This document shows, piece after piece, positions 47,801 to 61,110 of a stretch of 64,000 bases of DNA. Every line of letters begins with the position of its first letter. The stretch's first letter is position 1. The translations under genes were made by a program, and so were the position numbers. The DNA lies in assembly GCF_016433145.1 (NCBI RefSeq), contig NC_058134.1, forward strand, positions 286,903,449 through 286,967,448. Reading direction: 5' to 3'. The DNA is from Gracilinanus agilis. Its lineage: Eukaryota. The notes beneath the pieces were generated by a model. It had not been told where the DNA came from and made no database searches. It saw only the letters and a list, made by a program, of their open reading frames with translations.

Positions 47801-50800
47801 GGGGGTTGGGGAAGAGGTTGGAAGAAAGTGTGAGCTGGGGGGAGGATTTGGCTCTCTCACCCGAGACCTAACAAAGCGAAGGCCCCTTTTGGTCAGAAAG
47901 TCAACAAACCGAATAGCTGGAAAAGGTATTTATCGCTTTCCATCATTTCTTCCTCCATCTATTTTAGTCTGTGGTTGGGGCTCCGTGAGAGAAGGCTGAA
48001 TCTCCGCCCCTGCCTTCTTTGGGGGGGGGTATTTAAAATGGGGAGTTATTTTAAAATTGGGTCCGATTAGGGAAAGGGGCTATGGCATCTGGTAGGACCA
48101 AAGGGAGTGCTAACTGCTCCCACAAGAAATCTGCTCCTTACAAAAAAATAGAATTGGAGAAGGGCGGGAAATTTAAATCTAAGTAGGCCAGGAAGAGGGT
48201 GCAAGAATCCCCTGAGAGTTTCCGCAAACTCTAATCAGTCCCGGATAGGCTGGTTAGGTCTGTGGAAGAAGATGAAAGGGGTTTGAATTCATGTGTTAGA
48301 GTTAGGAAGATTAATTTGGGGGGCTGTCGAAAGAGAGAAGAGAAGGGTGTTAAGAGAGGAACTGTGTCCTGTTTTTCCAGAATCACACCCGAAACCGCAG
48401 CCGCAGTCACTCTTTCTCAGCTCTGGCCACAAATCCCAAATCAAATTAGAAATATCTTCGGAATCTCAACTAAATCCAGTGTGGGCGCGGGGAGGAGGAG
48501 GGGAGATAAAAGAACTCCAAAATCCTCTTTCCCAAAAAGAATCTCGCAGCAAATGGAAGAGCGTTTTCCCTCCCTTTCATAGCTAGTCTCTCCGAGAGAA
48601 GGGGGAAAAGAAGGCACAAGACACGAACGAAAGTGAAAAACAAAATCCGTTTAGCTAACCAGACCAAAGGGCTGCAGCTGCAGCGTTCTGCAGCCTGCCT
48701 CTGGAGATCTCTGGCTCAGAATGTGGCTGGAGGACCTGTGATGTGTTTTCCGTGGCTTTTAATTTTAATTAAATTTCTCGAAAGAAATAAAATTTGGTGC
48801 TGCTAAGCTCTTCGGAGGCGGACAGACTGGGTGCTCCCTGGTCTGATATGAGCTATAGTTTAGAGTCCCAGACTGTACCCATCCATCACCACCATCAGCA
48901 CCACACCTCCTTGCTTCTCATATTTTATCATCTCCAGGAGAGACTTTTCCTTCGCCCCCTGGAAGCCCCTTGCATTAGGCGGTAAAACACGCTCCCTTTT
49001 TTCACACTGGGAAGTTAAAAGTGGGGGAATCTATCCCCACTTTCCCCCTCCACTCAGACCCACTGTTCCCCACACAACGAAAGAAAACCCTAATTCGAGA
49101 AAAGAAAAAGGAACTGGCTGGGCATAGAGATCGATGGTCCTGAAGTCTGGCGCCAAAGATTGTTGGCTGGGCTAAGTCTGACTGGCCATTTTCACAGGAC
49201 CGTACTTGTGAGGGCACTCAAACGAGTACATTCGGTTCACGGGCTGTGTCCGCTGCAAAGCCTGTTAGGGCATGTTAATTTGGACTTTCTTGTTAGGTAG
49301 GGTTCAGTGAGACTGGAGTAGGAGAGGATGGGGGTAACGAGTGGGAAGGAAATGCGAACAGGATCTAGAACATTGGGGACACAGAGACTCGCTGAGACCT
49401 GCTCACTACCCTTCTCCTTCTGCTAGCAAGAGGAAGAGGGTGCAATGAATCTCCAACCGAAGCCACCAAGATAGAAGAGTTGGGACCTGTAAGAAGGTCA
49501 TCGTAGCTTGGGCATTACAAAAAGTTCTTTACTATAGTTTGTGTGCTGTTTAAAATCACATTTTAGCCCCCACCTTGCTCCCTTTAATGCCTGATGTCCC
49601 CTCGACTTTCCTTGAAAAGAGAATCGCTACCTTTCTGTGCATGTATCTATCCATCACACCTACAGAGAGCTACAGAATGCTCATGTAACACATATTTGTG
49701 CCACTGTTGAGAGACTTTAAAACAATGTTGACGTGTAAAAGCGTTTTGTGTATCTCAAGGCACAGTGAGTGTTGGTTACCGCATGTACACAAACACACGC
49801 TTCTTTTCCCCAATTCTGGGCTTATCAGTAACTTCTGGTTTTCTTCAAATAGATACACGTGAGATTACATTTTAGCTGCGTGGGGTAGGTGCAATGCCTT
49901 GGCCAGGAAGAAAGAAAGTTGTGACTTAATACAGAAATAACTTCAGTTTTCTCTAAGGGAGTCAACGGAAATTATATTCAGGGCTATGAATAAATAGAAG
50001 GGAGCTATTTATCTCAGAGAGATTAGAAAAATAAGCGCCACGTGGATATGTTCCGAGAGAGGTTTCATAGCATGTCACAGTTTCACTAATATACAGACAG
50101 CCTGGGTTTGTGTGTCCTTGAAAGAGTTTCAGAATATTTCTCAGATTCAGGGGAATCGCAGTGAAATTGGCTTTCTCTTGTTTCCTGCCCACTTCTTTTT
50201 GACTAATGGGGGTTTTTAGGTTGTTCCCTAGCCGATTCTTTCCTTTGGCTGTCTTTCTTCTTTCTTCTTCTCAGAACGAGTGAAACACGAATATCTGCTG
50301 GTAGGGGCCAGGAAGTCTTACCTTTCTTTCCAAGTCCTCTTCATCTTATCTTCACCCCTTCCTGACTTCAGATACCAAGGCTCGCTCTCTTTCCCTTTTT
50401 AACTAACTGATTTCGGTCAATTTGGTCATTTTGGGGAAAAAAACAAAAACAAAAACAAAAACAACCCAGGCGTAGGGAAAGCCACTGCCACACACAGCAG
50501 TAAACGGTCTAGACGGGGGCAGCGAAATGCCTTGCTCAGGCTGCTGAAGCTTCTGGCCCCTCCACCTGGAAAAGTGTGCCAGGTGTATGTGTGTTTTCAT
50601 GTAACACTAGATTTCTCTTTGTCGTGAGAGTGGCCTGAGATATCCAATTAGATGGAGTTGGGTACTGGAGGGAACTCTGTATTTATACACCATTGGGAAC
50701 ACTGGGTAGAACGTGTGTCTGTAAGAAGCTCTATAAGCAATTAATACACATGTGTATGTGGCTGAGGGTCCATCCTTATGAGGGGAGGGGGCACGGATCT

Positions 50801-52729
50801 CTTTGTACAAAGGTGGGCATATTGGCTCATTCCTTTGGAGTCCTTAAATTAGATATATGGGAGTGGATGGACCTTGGCCAGTGTTACTGGAGTTCTATGA
50901 GTTGATACTTGGACAGACTTATCTTTACATGATTATGGATATAAAAGTGATACAGTTTGTGTGTGTGTGTGCAAGCAATTGTGCTTATGTATGTACCTGT
51001 GCAATGATTACATGTATGTAGAGCTATATTTAATTACATATAGGCAGAGATAGGCTTAAATGTGTCACAGTTTGGTGTGTATAGATCTCTGTGTAACTGA
51101 GGGTCCCCTTAGGTATCTATCTTAGGTGTCTGTAATTAGGTAGTTAGGAGATATGTATCTACTATGTGTACCCAGTTCTGATTGTATATGAACAGGGACA
51201 CTTTGGAAATAAGTGACATTGATGAATTAAGTTTCTATCTATGTACGTGAAGCCTTTTCTTAGCCATTAATGGGGTAGGTACATGTTAGCCCATACGTAC
51301 ATGTATCTATTTTCAAGACAAAGCCACAGATATGAATACACATGTTTATTGCATGGATCAGTACACATGAGAATCAATAAATGTATTTGGAGTCATCATG
51401 TTTGAGCACAAAAAGGAGGCTTAAGGTTGTTTTGATGCTAACAACTTTCTAGACTTTCCTAATGTGAGGAAAACTCCCTCCCACCCTGCTAATTGAGCTT
51501 CTAATCTGAGCCAGCTCAAGAGAAAGATGAATTCCAGGACAGAGAGAAACTCAGGTAATACACAGACCATCATGGAGAAGGTGAAAACCAGAGATAGCCA
51601 GAATATTCTTGGTAAAGGGGGGGACAGGAGGTGGCATCTCTTTATCTATCTGCATACTTTGAGGAGTCAGGAATTGAGATGGGTGGGTGTCCATCTAAGT
51701 CCCCTAAGAGCAAAGAGAACTGAACCCACGTAGGGGAAAGGTTTGGCCAAATATCAGCTCAGGAAGGGGAGTCTTAAAGCCGCTGGTGGCCTCTAAACTA
51801 ACCTAGAACCCGAATTATTCAGATAATTCGTGTCTCAGAACCTGTATATTATGATTGGCCATAAGGTGGTCGAGTTTTCCTTCTTCCCATCTTTTCTGAA
51901 TGGGATTCAGTTAGAAATGGCCAAAGGATAAGTCGCTATCCTGCTATTATTCTTGTATATTTAATACGCTACAAATTACTGCTCAAGTAGATAAAATAAC
52001 TGCGTTTCCTAATTGAGTAAGAGTATCGGGATGTAAGTTCATTTTCTTTATGAGCCACCGAAAACACCTTTGTCAAGACAGTTCCAGTAGCAGACTGGAC
52101 GAGAAGGATACCAGGCTCCCATATGGTTTTAATTTCTTCCCCTTGGGTCTTTATATTCCGAAGGCTTTTCATTTCGTGAGTTTGGAGGTTAGGAATTTTT
52201 CTGGATAAGGAAAACTATTTTTTAAAAGCCCCTACTTAATTAGTTGGGAAATCATTCTCATGGTCAGGTGATTGTGGGCAGCAGCTCTGTCTGTAATTAA
52301 TGCTACAATTCTGGGTCAGTTTATCTGTTGATTTCTCCCGGATGCTTAGGGATTCTTACTTGCCACTAACCGAATATTATATGCATATTAACTTGGGAGA
52401 TGGCAAGGTAGGGTGTTCAGGAAAGCATTCTGGTGTCTACCTGTGTATGCGGACATGGGCTAAGGGATACATTCATGGTCAGGCTGCAGTCTTTTCCCCT
52501 CTACCTTGGAGTTTCCTCCCAAAATGCTCCGCATCATCACTTATTGAACCCATCTTTCCCAGAGAGTCAGAAAAATAGCATTAATTCTCGGAACCCAATC
52601 AGACAGGAGTTTCCCCTAAAGAGACCAATCCTTGGAACAAGGGGGAACCGCAAACCACATCTCTTTCCCCTCCCCGCTGTGGGTGCCCTGACAGGTCCCA
52701 GTCTCGTCCAGGTCATTCTGTGGGTTTGC

Positions 52730-54800
52730 TAATTGTTCTGTACTGAGACAAAGGGGATCGCGGTGTCACTTGCTTCGGCCACGACCCTGGCACGAGCAGA
52801 AAAGGGGAAGATTCTTACGTCTTATATACCGCACTCAAAGGCGAGGCGCTACGACTCCTGCGGGGGACAGACGTCCCGGACAATCCTGGGGTGGAAACTC
52901 TGTACCCGTCGCTTTGGTTCAAGATGTAGTCAGCCCGCTACAGCCTCAGCCGCCCCGACGGAAAAAAAAAGTTAATCTTCATCTCCCTTGCGTTGGCTAG
53001 AAAACAGATCAAGAAGGCAGATTCTCTGAGCACCCAAAGGGACCCAAGCAGAAGCATCAAGCCGACCCGTCTTAGTGATCTTTATTCAGATTTCTGTCGA
53101 GAATTCTCTTTAGAAAAGCAGAAAATCTTGCCCCCAATGGAAGCACACTACCATTTTCTATCAGGAAAAACTGCAGGCGGTAAACCTATTTCCTTACTCA
53201 GGACAACAGCGATGGGTTCCCAGTTAACCTCTTCTCTACCAAAACATTCCTCCCTTCCCATGACACTAGCCTGAGGAAAAAAAACTGTTTTTGCTTAACT
53301 TCTCTCAGACGATGAGGGGGAAATGGAGGAGATGAGATGATCTGGCCTTAATCCTCCAGGTAACTGCGGTGCCCAGGAAATGTCTATATTTCTGGGGGAA
53401 AAGGTAGGGTACGCTGACCTCCACTCCCACTCAGCAGAGGCGGAGGTGAGATGAGGGCAGTTATGCGAGTAATGGAGAAGAAACCGAAGGAGTAGAAAAA
53501 TCAGCGTGGCTTTAACTATTCAGGTCATTCGGGCAAGTTAGTTTTGGCCTAATTAATCGGGAGCTTTGTCTTGATTCTTTCCTGCATAGACACGATTTTC
53601 GGCGGGGAAGCTCCTGCGGGAGATACTTCTTCAGCCCGTTGTTTTCCTGAGCCTCTGGACAGGACACAGCTCTGGTTCCAGAGTTTCTTTCCAGAGCAAC
53701 AAGACAGAAAAGCAGTCGGATAATAAACCTTCCCGCACCCACTGGCAAGGGAGCAGTCCCCCTGCACGTTTTTACAGGCCAGATCTGCATTATTTGAATA
53801 TTGGGAAATAGGCTTGGTAGCTGGACAGCCCAGTCTTTCCGTTTTCCATCTATAACAAAGCCAAGGTCGGAATTCCTTGCCAAAATCAGCGAAGGTCAAA
53901 GCAGAAAATTTGTTCAGACATTCGCACGGAGTTCCTAGCTTTCGAGTAGCTTGCTCTCCAGCCGAGATCCGAGACGTGGCCAGGAGGGCCGCGCGGAGGT
54001 TAGAATCGTGCTGATACACTTAGTTTAAGATTTGTGTGTTTTGGGGAGACTGGGGAGCGGCCGTGGGGCTCCTTTTACCTGAACTATCCAGCTGGTCCGG
54101 CAACAAGGACCACACCTCCAAGGGAAAAGGGCCAGAAAGCGCTGTCCTCGTGTGAGAGACTTCGTTATCCTCTGCCCAAATATGAACTCAAGAAAAGTCC
54201 GCTCCTAGACTTCGGGAAAGGGGGAGCAAATCTCCAGCCCAACACGAGGCACGCAAGAGCTCTCACCAGGAACCCCAAGGCAGAGGCAGATGGGCCCCCT
54301 GGAGCTCCGCGTTTCCTTGTGGAAACGAAAATTAGAGAAAGCGCTTCGAAAAACTACCGCATTTTGAATTACAGAAATGAATGTGGCGTTGTTTAGGTCT
54401 TTTTGTTATTGTCTCTTCAAACTCAATTCTAAATTTTTCCGACACTGACTGTCTGTGTCCCGACCCCTCCCCCATTCCTTCAGCAAAGGAGCCGAAAACT
54501 CGGTTTCCGGAATCCCCACTGGCCGTGGCCACAGAGTGGTCAGAAATCGTTTTTATAAAGAAACCATCCTCCTCAAGCCAAATGCAGGGAGAAAAGAGAG
54601 AGGTTTTCTCCAAGTCCGAGCGTCGAACTAGCAGTGCGTCGCTTCGAGCTGGGCCCTTCGAGGGAGTCCCTTCCAATACGTTCAAGAAAGCCAGCCACGC
54701 TCAGTTTTAGAAGATCAGAAGCCGCCCCGATGCCTGACCCGCTCCTGAAGGCTTGCTTCTATTTAGCACTTCTCTCACCTTACCTCTGTCGGGGGAATCT
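52730..54800. promoter_or_regulatory. Orphan CpG-rich island(s) 11.5-13.5 kb upstream of HOXC13
   Basis: High CpG density (52750-52990, 53500-54800) with no credible ORF; the last CpG-rich DNA before the TE-rich zone. Confidence 0.6.
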
Positions 54801-54874
54801 GCTGAGTGCCGAGGCAACCTGAAGGATGTTATAACCAGAGAAGCGTTACCGCTCTCAAAGAACTGAGAGAGGAA

Positions 54875-55200
54875 AGAGGAAAGGGAATCTTAGAGATCGT
54901 CGAGTCCCAGAGTCCATGCTCTTGGAGGGGGGATCACAATTACATCTTTATTTTTACTAATTACCAGTTGAATTTTGACACTTCCTTCATTTATGAATAA
55001 TTATCCAAAAAATCAGAAAAAATAAAAATAAAAAACCTGCTTCTGAGAAGGAGCCTAGAGTTTCAATTGACGGGCAGAGGGTGCAAAAAAGGTTTCGAAC
55101 TCCTGGTCCAGACCAACCCCATCAATTTAAAGATGAGAAAACAGGCATAGACAGGGGATTGTGACAAGCCACAGGGCCACTCAGGTAGTCTTGTAGTAGA
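54875..55200 (-). mobile_element. Degraded MIR fragments (first interspersed repeats in the window)
   Basis: AAAGGGAATCTTAGAGATCGTCGAGTCC (54879-54907) and CCAACCCCATCAATTTAAAGATGAGAAAAC...GTGACAAGCC...CAGGTAGT (55105-55190) resemble the antisense MIR consensus. Confidence 0.55.
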
Positions 55201-56364
55201 GCATTCTTCTCCCGGTTTTCTTTCCTCTACACTTCAAGTAAAGCGCTAGAGAGAGAGAGTCTTTTCCCTTATCTATCCCTCCCCTCCTTTCTTTCCAGTC
55301 CTTTGTGCCCGTGTCTACACTATAAGGAGAATTGCTTGCCAAAGCTAGGAATTCTTTGTGTCCTGGGGCAAAGTACCCCCTATTTCGTGTTTCTCTGGGA
55401 CTGGCACGGATATGCAGCGGTGTCTATGTGGCTTTCCCTCCAGCCCTCTATAGGCTTTCAAAATGGGGAGGGGGGGGCTGAAAATAAACCCCCAGAATAA
55501 TTGGAAGAGACTAAGAAAGACTAAAGTTCTCTCAGATTCAGCTGCAACCAAGAACTTGCCTTCTCTTCAGATGTGTGAATTTAGGAGAAAAGGCAGACAT
55601 ACTTTTATGTTTCATACTAGGGCTATTAACAACCAGGATCAAATTGCAAGAGCCATGTGGTTTGTCCACTCAAGGTAGTTTTGCTCCTCCTCTACTGACA
55701 GGAGAATGCAAGAGTCATATTATTGATTATTATTAATCATTGTCAATATTAAGCTCTGCTGTGATGATCTTATCCCTACTAGAAGTAGCTTTTGACCCTA
55801 ATGGAGTGAGCAACATTGTTGGCAAAGAATAAAATAAAATAAAAACCTTCACCTTAGAATGAACCCACTGTGAAGGGAAAAGCTCTGCTTGGGTGAGATT
55901 TAGAGTATTTATTGGGTTGAGGAGCTTAGATGCAGAAATAAAGGTAAAGAATTCCTTTGCCCTCGTAAATGTGCCTGGTTTGGAGTCTGCAGAAGATGGG
56001 AAAAGAAATCAAACTAGCTATGTATATACTACCAGTGTCTTAGGGTGTATGCAATATTCACTCCAAAAATCTACTTATTTTTGAAGAGGTCAGAAGCTAA
56101 AAGGTATTTTTTTTTTTACCAACAATTATCTGAGAGAATTTCTCCCAAGTGTGGTAGGGCAGTAATAATATAACAAAGGTGATTCTCTGTTTTCAAGAGA
56201 TGTTTATTATAGTTCTGCTGTTTCCCTACATTCTTAGGAATATTTGGAGGTCTCCTTTCCTCTTTCATAATGAATCCTTATTATGTGACTTATCCTGAGA
56301 AAAACCTTGTGGAAGGGTGGGGATACTCCCTCTAGGGAGAAATGTTCATTGTCAGAAGAATTTT

Positions 56365-56585
56365 CTAGAGTGACTTTTTGTGATCTCATTTGGGATTTTC
56401 TTGGTAAAGATAGTGGAGTAGTCTGCCATTTCCTTCTCTGGATCATTTTACAGATGAGGAACTGAGGCAAACAGAGTTAACTGATTTGCCTTGGATCCCA
56501 CAGCTAGTAAGTGTCTGAGACCAGGTTTGAATTCAGGAAGATAACTTTTCCTGATTCCAGACTCAGTGCTCTATCCACTGTACAA
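56365..56585 (-). mobile_element. Mar1-type marsupial CORE-SINE with RTE-derived tail
   Basis: TTTTCTTGGTAAAGATAGTGGAGTAGTCTGCCATTTCCTTCTC (antisense RTE/BovB-type tail) joined to the CORE segment ATTTTACAGATGAGGAACTGAGGC...CAGCTAGTAAGTGTCTGAG...TTTGAATTC. Confidence 0.8.
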
Positions 56586-57061
56586 TATTTGGGGGCTCCC
56601 TAATATTCATGTTTATATTTAGGAGAAAAAAGAATTTTCTTTCTTGCATGAATTGTTGTTCACCTATGGTGCCCTTTGTTAGTGTCTCATGAAAAACAAC
56701 ACTATTCATCTCATTTATTCTAAAGGCATTTTTGAAGTAAGGGGTTTTGTTTTCCATCAGCAAACAGAGCAGGAAGGAGTGGTATTCTGGGGCATTTGTC
56801 CAGATGAAGTCTACCTACTGAGAGCTATTGTTCTAGAGAATTTAACAGGTCCACAACACCAGTGGGAAGTAGAGAATAAGCAATTCTCTAGTTATCTATT
56901 TGATCCCCAGATAACTTCGTATCTTTCAGATTATATTGCTCCTTGGGCTTGGTCTCTATGGAGAAAGGTTTTACAGAGATGGTTTTCATGACAAAGAATC
57001 ATTTTTGAGTTGTCTCAACTTGAAAGAAGAGCCCTCTCTTTGGGTGGCCTTTAGCCTACAA

Positions 57062-57226
57062 AAGCAATATGTGTCTGGGTAGATTGAAGACATGGAGATA
57101 GGAGGTCCAGAGTTCAAATCTGATCTCAGATACTGGCTAGCTCTGTGACCCTGGGCAAGTCACTTAACATTTGTTATCTTGGAACCAATACTTAGTATCT
57201 ATTCTAAGAGAGAAGATATGGGCCTT
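57062..57226 (+). mobile_element. SINE1_MD-like tRNA/CORE SINE (internally deleted)
   Basis: GGAGGTCCAGAGTTCAAATCTG...TGTGACCCTGGGCAAGTCACTTAAC followed by CTTGGAACCAATACTTAGTATCTATTCTAAGAGAGAAG, matching the recalled opossum SINE-1 3' tail. Confidence 0.7.
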
Positions 57227-57429
57227 CCCACCCACCCCTTCCTTAAATCAAAACACAAGCAACACATCAAGCAATTACTAGTGGACTCGGCTGCAAATAA
57301 AGGGAAGTTTTGGCAATTATCTGGGTTAATTTGATTTCTGCAGATACAGCATCTGAATAATTCAGTTCCCTAGGTAGATTTTCTGAATGATTGGATTCAA
57401 ATTTGATTTAGGTTTTACAACCTAATGTA

Positions 57430-57925
57430 AGACCACCCCAATTTTCTAACCTCTTCTCACATTACTCCCATCTATACACACTTATGCTTCAGACAAACTG
57501 GATTACTTCTGTCCCCAATACTCTTTCTGCATTTCCTCCTTCTGAGCTATAATCATGCTCTTTCCTGTGCTTGGCAAGTCCTCTTTCCTTCACTTCATGT
57601 TTTCTATTCCTATTCATATTATAATAGCCAATTAAAAGGTCACATCTTCCAGGTAATTTGATTTTCCTTTATCTGCTCCTTCCCATCTCCATAGGTAACA
57701 ATATTCCCTCTATGTTATCACAGAGTACTCTGTTCTGCACCTCTCTACCATTCTTACTGTGTTTATTAGAGTTACCAATGTCAGATGCCTCCACTATGCT
57801 TTAATTCCCTTGAGAAGAAATCCCCTCTCTTAGTTAAATATTGTCTCCCAATGACTACCACAGTGCCCTACACAGAGTAGGCATGTAATAAATAAAGGCT
57901 AGTTGATTGATTTGTTGATTGTCTA
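57430..57925 (+). mobile_element. L2 LINE 3' fragment
   Basis: Ends CACAGTGCCTACACAGAGTAGGCATGTAATAAATA...GTTGATTGA, a typical L2 terminus. Confidence 0.7.
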
Positions 57926-58049
57926 CACAGATCCATTTTAATTAAACTTCTACTTTACCTGATATGTAGACAGAACTTCAATTATTCCATGTCTGAAGTG
58001 AATTTCAAGGCACTTTCAGGATATAAAAGGACTTGTGTTGAAAAAAATG

Positions 58050-58345
58050 CTATCTATCTCCAGAGAGAGAACTCTGAGTGCAAATTGAAGTATAATTTTC
58101 TCTCTTTATTTTCTTGCTTTTGGAGGGAAATATAGCTAATGTGGAAATTTGTTTTGCATGATCTCACATGTATAATTGATATCACATTACTTGCCTTCTC
58201 TGTGGCTGTGGAAGAGTATTGGAGAGAGGGAGAGAATTTGTAACTCAAATTTAAAAAGAAAAGAATGTTAAAATAAGTAAAAAAGAAAATAAGTTTTAAA
58301 AAGAAAATGGTCAGGGTAGACAAAAGAATTTAACAAAAAATTTAA
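58050..58345 (+). mobile_element. Marsupial L1 3' UTR end
   Basis: CTAATGTGGAAATTTGTTTTGCATGAT...ACATGTATAA...ATATCACATTACTTGCC...GAGGGAGAGAATTTGTAACTCAAA plus an A-rich tail. Confidence 0.75.
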
Positions 58346-58821
58346 ACATGAATTTTTGTTCACCACTTCAATCTCTTAAATGATTCCCCTTGGCTTGACA
58401 GTCTTGGAGAGCAGGTACCTGTTTTGGGGACCATGACAACCTGTGAGCAGTGCTCCCTCACTTCTATCCTACTTTGCATTCTAACTGTGGTCCCTTGGAA
58501 ATAACACCAGCTGCCTGAGAGTCCGACTGTCTGCCAGAATCTTTGGCATCCTTCCCTATTCTGGCATATTGGCCAGGAGCCCTTTCCCAAACTTCCTTTT
58601 TCACTATCGTTATGTTAATGGTCCTAAGATAAGTCCAAGACCAAGGTCATCAAGTGGAAAGAAGAGATATCCAGGCCATTGAGGCTGGAGCCCAATTCCT
58701 GGAGGAATCCTCTTCTGTCCCAAATGAAGAAGAAATGAATCAGTGGTTTTGCTAAAAATGTTAGCCACATACACAGCCGTCCCACAGACTCTGAGGCTGT
58801 TTATACAATGCCAAACATCTG

Positions 58822-59050
58822 GATCACAGATTCACAGAATGTTAGATTTGAGAAGGGACATTGAAAATCTTCTAGCCCAGACTCTAATTTTGAAAATTAG
58901 TTCCAAAGAAATTAAGAGAAATCTTTTTTTTTTTTAAAGAGAAATCTTAATGCCTAAAGTGACATACCTTTTTTTAGGGGCAGAGCCAGGATGTGAACTT
59001 GAACTCTGATTGCAATCTAGCCCTCTATTCATAACACCACATAGCCCTTC
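58822..59050 (-). mobile_element. MIR/MIR3 SINE
   Basis: TCACAGATTCACAGAATGTTAGATTTGAGAAGGGACATTGAAAATCTTCTAGCCC...GCAGAGCCAGGATGTGAAC. Confidence 0.7.
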
Positions 59051-59394
59051 CACTGCAGAGAAAGGAACACTTCACTCTATAGTAGTTTCCAAATACCCAC
59101 TGTTCAATGGTAAGTAAAATATATAGATCATTAAAGGAATTTTGTTTCCAACCAGTTTAGTTTTGTGCAGACCCAACCTAAATAAATTTGTTTGTCAAGG
59201 CTTCTGAACATCAGACTGGGGTGTATCCAGGAAGGAAAAGGCATTGAAAAATGTGGGTGAGAGCAATGCCAATTCAATATATTAGCTTATGATGGTGATC
59301 AAGAGGTTGTTTGCTGTTGTTGTTTTTTACATTTTACATCCAAGTTGTTTGAATAAATGCAGCCTGAAAACTATTCTCATCATCAAAGAAAAGG

Positions 59395-60265
59395 CTGATC
59401 ACAGCCTGAAATTATTATCTTTCCCTTTAATCACCCACTCCCTCCATCTTCTTAACTTCTCTGTTACTGGAAAGGGCAACCTCATCCTCCCAGTTCTGAA
59501 GATTGGCACCATCCTCGTTTCCTATCACTCATTTCCCGTATCCAATCTGATGCCAAATCCTTTCAATTTCATCTCTACAACATCTCTCATATGTGTTCTT
59601 TTCTCTCCTCTTATACCACCACTAGTCTAGTGCAGGTCCTATTCACCTCATACCTGGGTGGTCAGTCTGCTTCAAGTCTCTCCTCTTTAATCCATCCTCC
59701 ATTCAGCCACCAAAATGATTTTCCTAAAGGGCAGATCTGACCATGTCATCCCTTCCCACCAACTCAAAAAACTCCAGTAGTTCCCTACTGCCTCCAGTAT
59801 AAAAAAAATTCCCATTTGGTATTCAAATCCCTTCATAACCTGACCCACTCCTATATTTCCAGTCTTCTTATACCTCACTCTTTGCTAGATGTTCTTCATT
59901 TCAATGACACTGGCCTCCTTGCTGTTCCACAAATAAGAGACTCTCTTTGCTTTGGGCATTTTCTCAGGCTGTCCCTGAGATACCCTGGGATGCTCTCTGT
60001 GCCCACTGGTTTTCCTTGCTTCCTTTAAGTCCAAACTCAAATCTCAACTACAGGAAGATTTTCTCAACTCTTCGTAATTTTAATGATTTCCCTGTGTAAT
60101 TATTTCCTATTTTTCTTCTATATAGCTTGTTTGTACGTATTTGTTTGCTTGTTGTCTCCCTCATTAGACTGTGGATTTCTTGAGGGCAAGAATTATCTTC
60201 TGCCTCTTTCTGTATCCCCAGAGTTTAACATAGTGCTTGACACATAGCAGGCACTTAATAAATTA
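59395..60265 (+). mobile_element. L2 LINE 3' fragment (about 0.87 kb)
   Basis: GATTTTCCTAAAGGGCAGATCTGACCATGTCA...CTCCAGTAGTTCCCTACTGCC...ATTAGACTGTG...TTGAGGGCAAG...ATAGCAGGCACTTAATAAAT, L2 hallmarks in order. Confidence 0.85.
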
Positions 60266-60964
60266 GGCTTCTCAAATTGTATCAAAGGAGAATGACCTTC
60301 TCCAGGTACGTGTCAGCCCTCTAGTTCTTAATATATGGCACACACCTGGTCAATGAAGAGAGAGAGGAACTAGTTGATCTCTTTGTCCACTTTCTGAGGA
60401 CAGCAAAAGTAAATATGTAATACTGGCAGTAGAGATTGAGGTCAGACATCAGAAAAAGACTTAAGGGTCTTCTAAACAATAGAAATGTAGCCAGAGAAAG
60501 AGGGGGGGGGCAGTGGCAATCTCCTTTATAAAGAACTTTGACTAGAGATCCTTATCTATTTAGATTGTTGGAGAGCAGGTTGGGTGGATACAGGGGAATG
60601 ACCATGATGACTTCTCAAGGTCTCTTTCTGCCTTTGGCTTGGTAATTTCCTGATGGTGTTTGCACCTGTAAAATGTGTAAGGCTCAGCACCAGGGTCAGG
60701 GGCTGCTGTCATTTGGTAGATTTCAACAACATGACCCTGGCAATGACTTTGGAATAAAACCATCAGGAAAATAGCTTGAGACCTAGATCAGAGCTGTCAG
60801 CTTGAAATACTAGGCTATTTGGGAAGGCATGGGAGAGGAGCAAGGCCTCTGACACTCCCTCTGCTTCCTTTGAAAAGACCCCTCTGGGAGTGGAGTTTCT
60901 GACAGGCACATCAAATTAATTAGGAAGAGAGAGGGGAAGAATTGAGGCTTGGAGCTTCTTGTCC

Positions 60965-61110
60965 AGTCAATCAGTCAATCAATAACTCTGCTGTATATGG
61001 TCCTATACTGGGCACTGGAGGGTGGAAAGGTGGGCAAATGGTCAAATCTTCCCCTTTGGGTGCTCTCAGGATCATGAACCACAGAGCTCTGGATATCAGC
61101 ACTGAGAGTG
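60965..61110 (-). mobile_element. L2 3' end, antisense
   Basis: (CAAT/CAGT)n tail followed by TATACTGGGCACTGG...TCAAATCTTCCCCTTTGGGTGCTC. Confidence 0.5.

Noticed and set aside
50880-51400. TG/TA-rich degenerate tracts (also 8400-8950, 19480-19800, 30660-31200, 38250-38400)
   Set aside because: Decayed dinucleotide microsatellite DNA with no periodic or coding structure.
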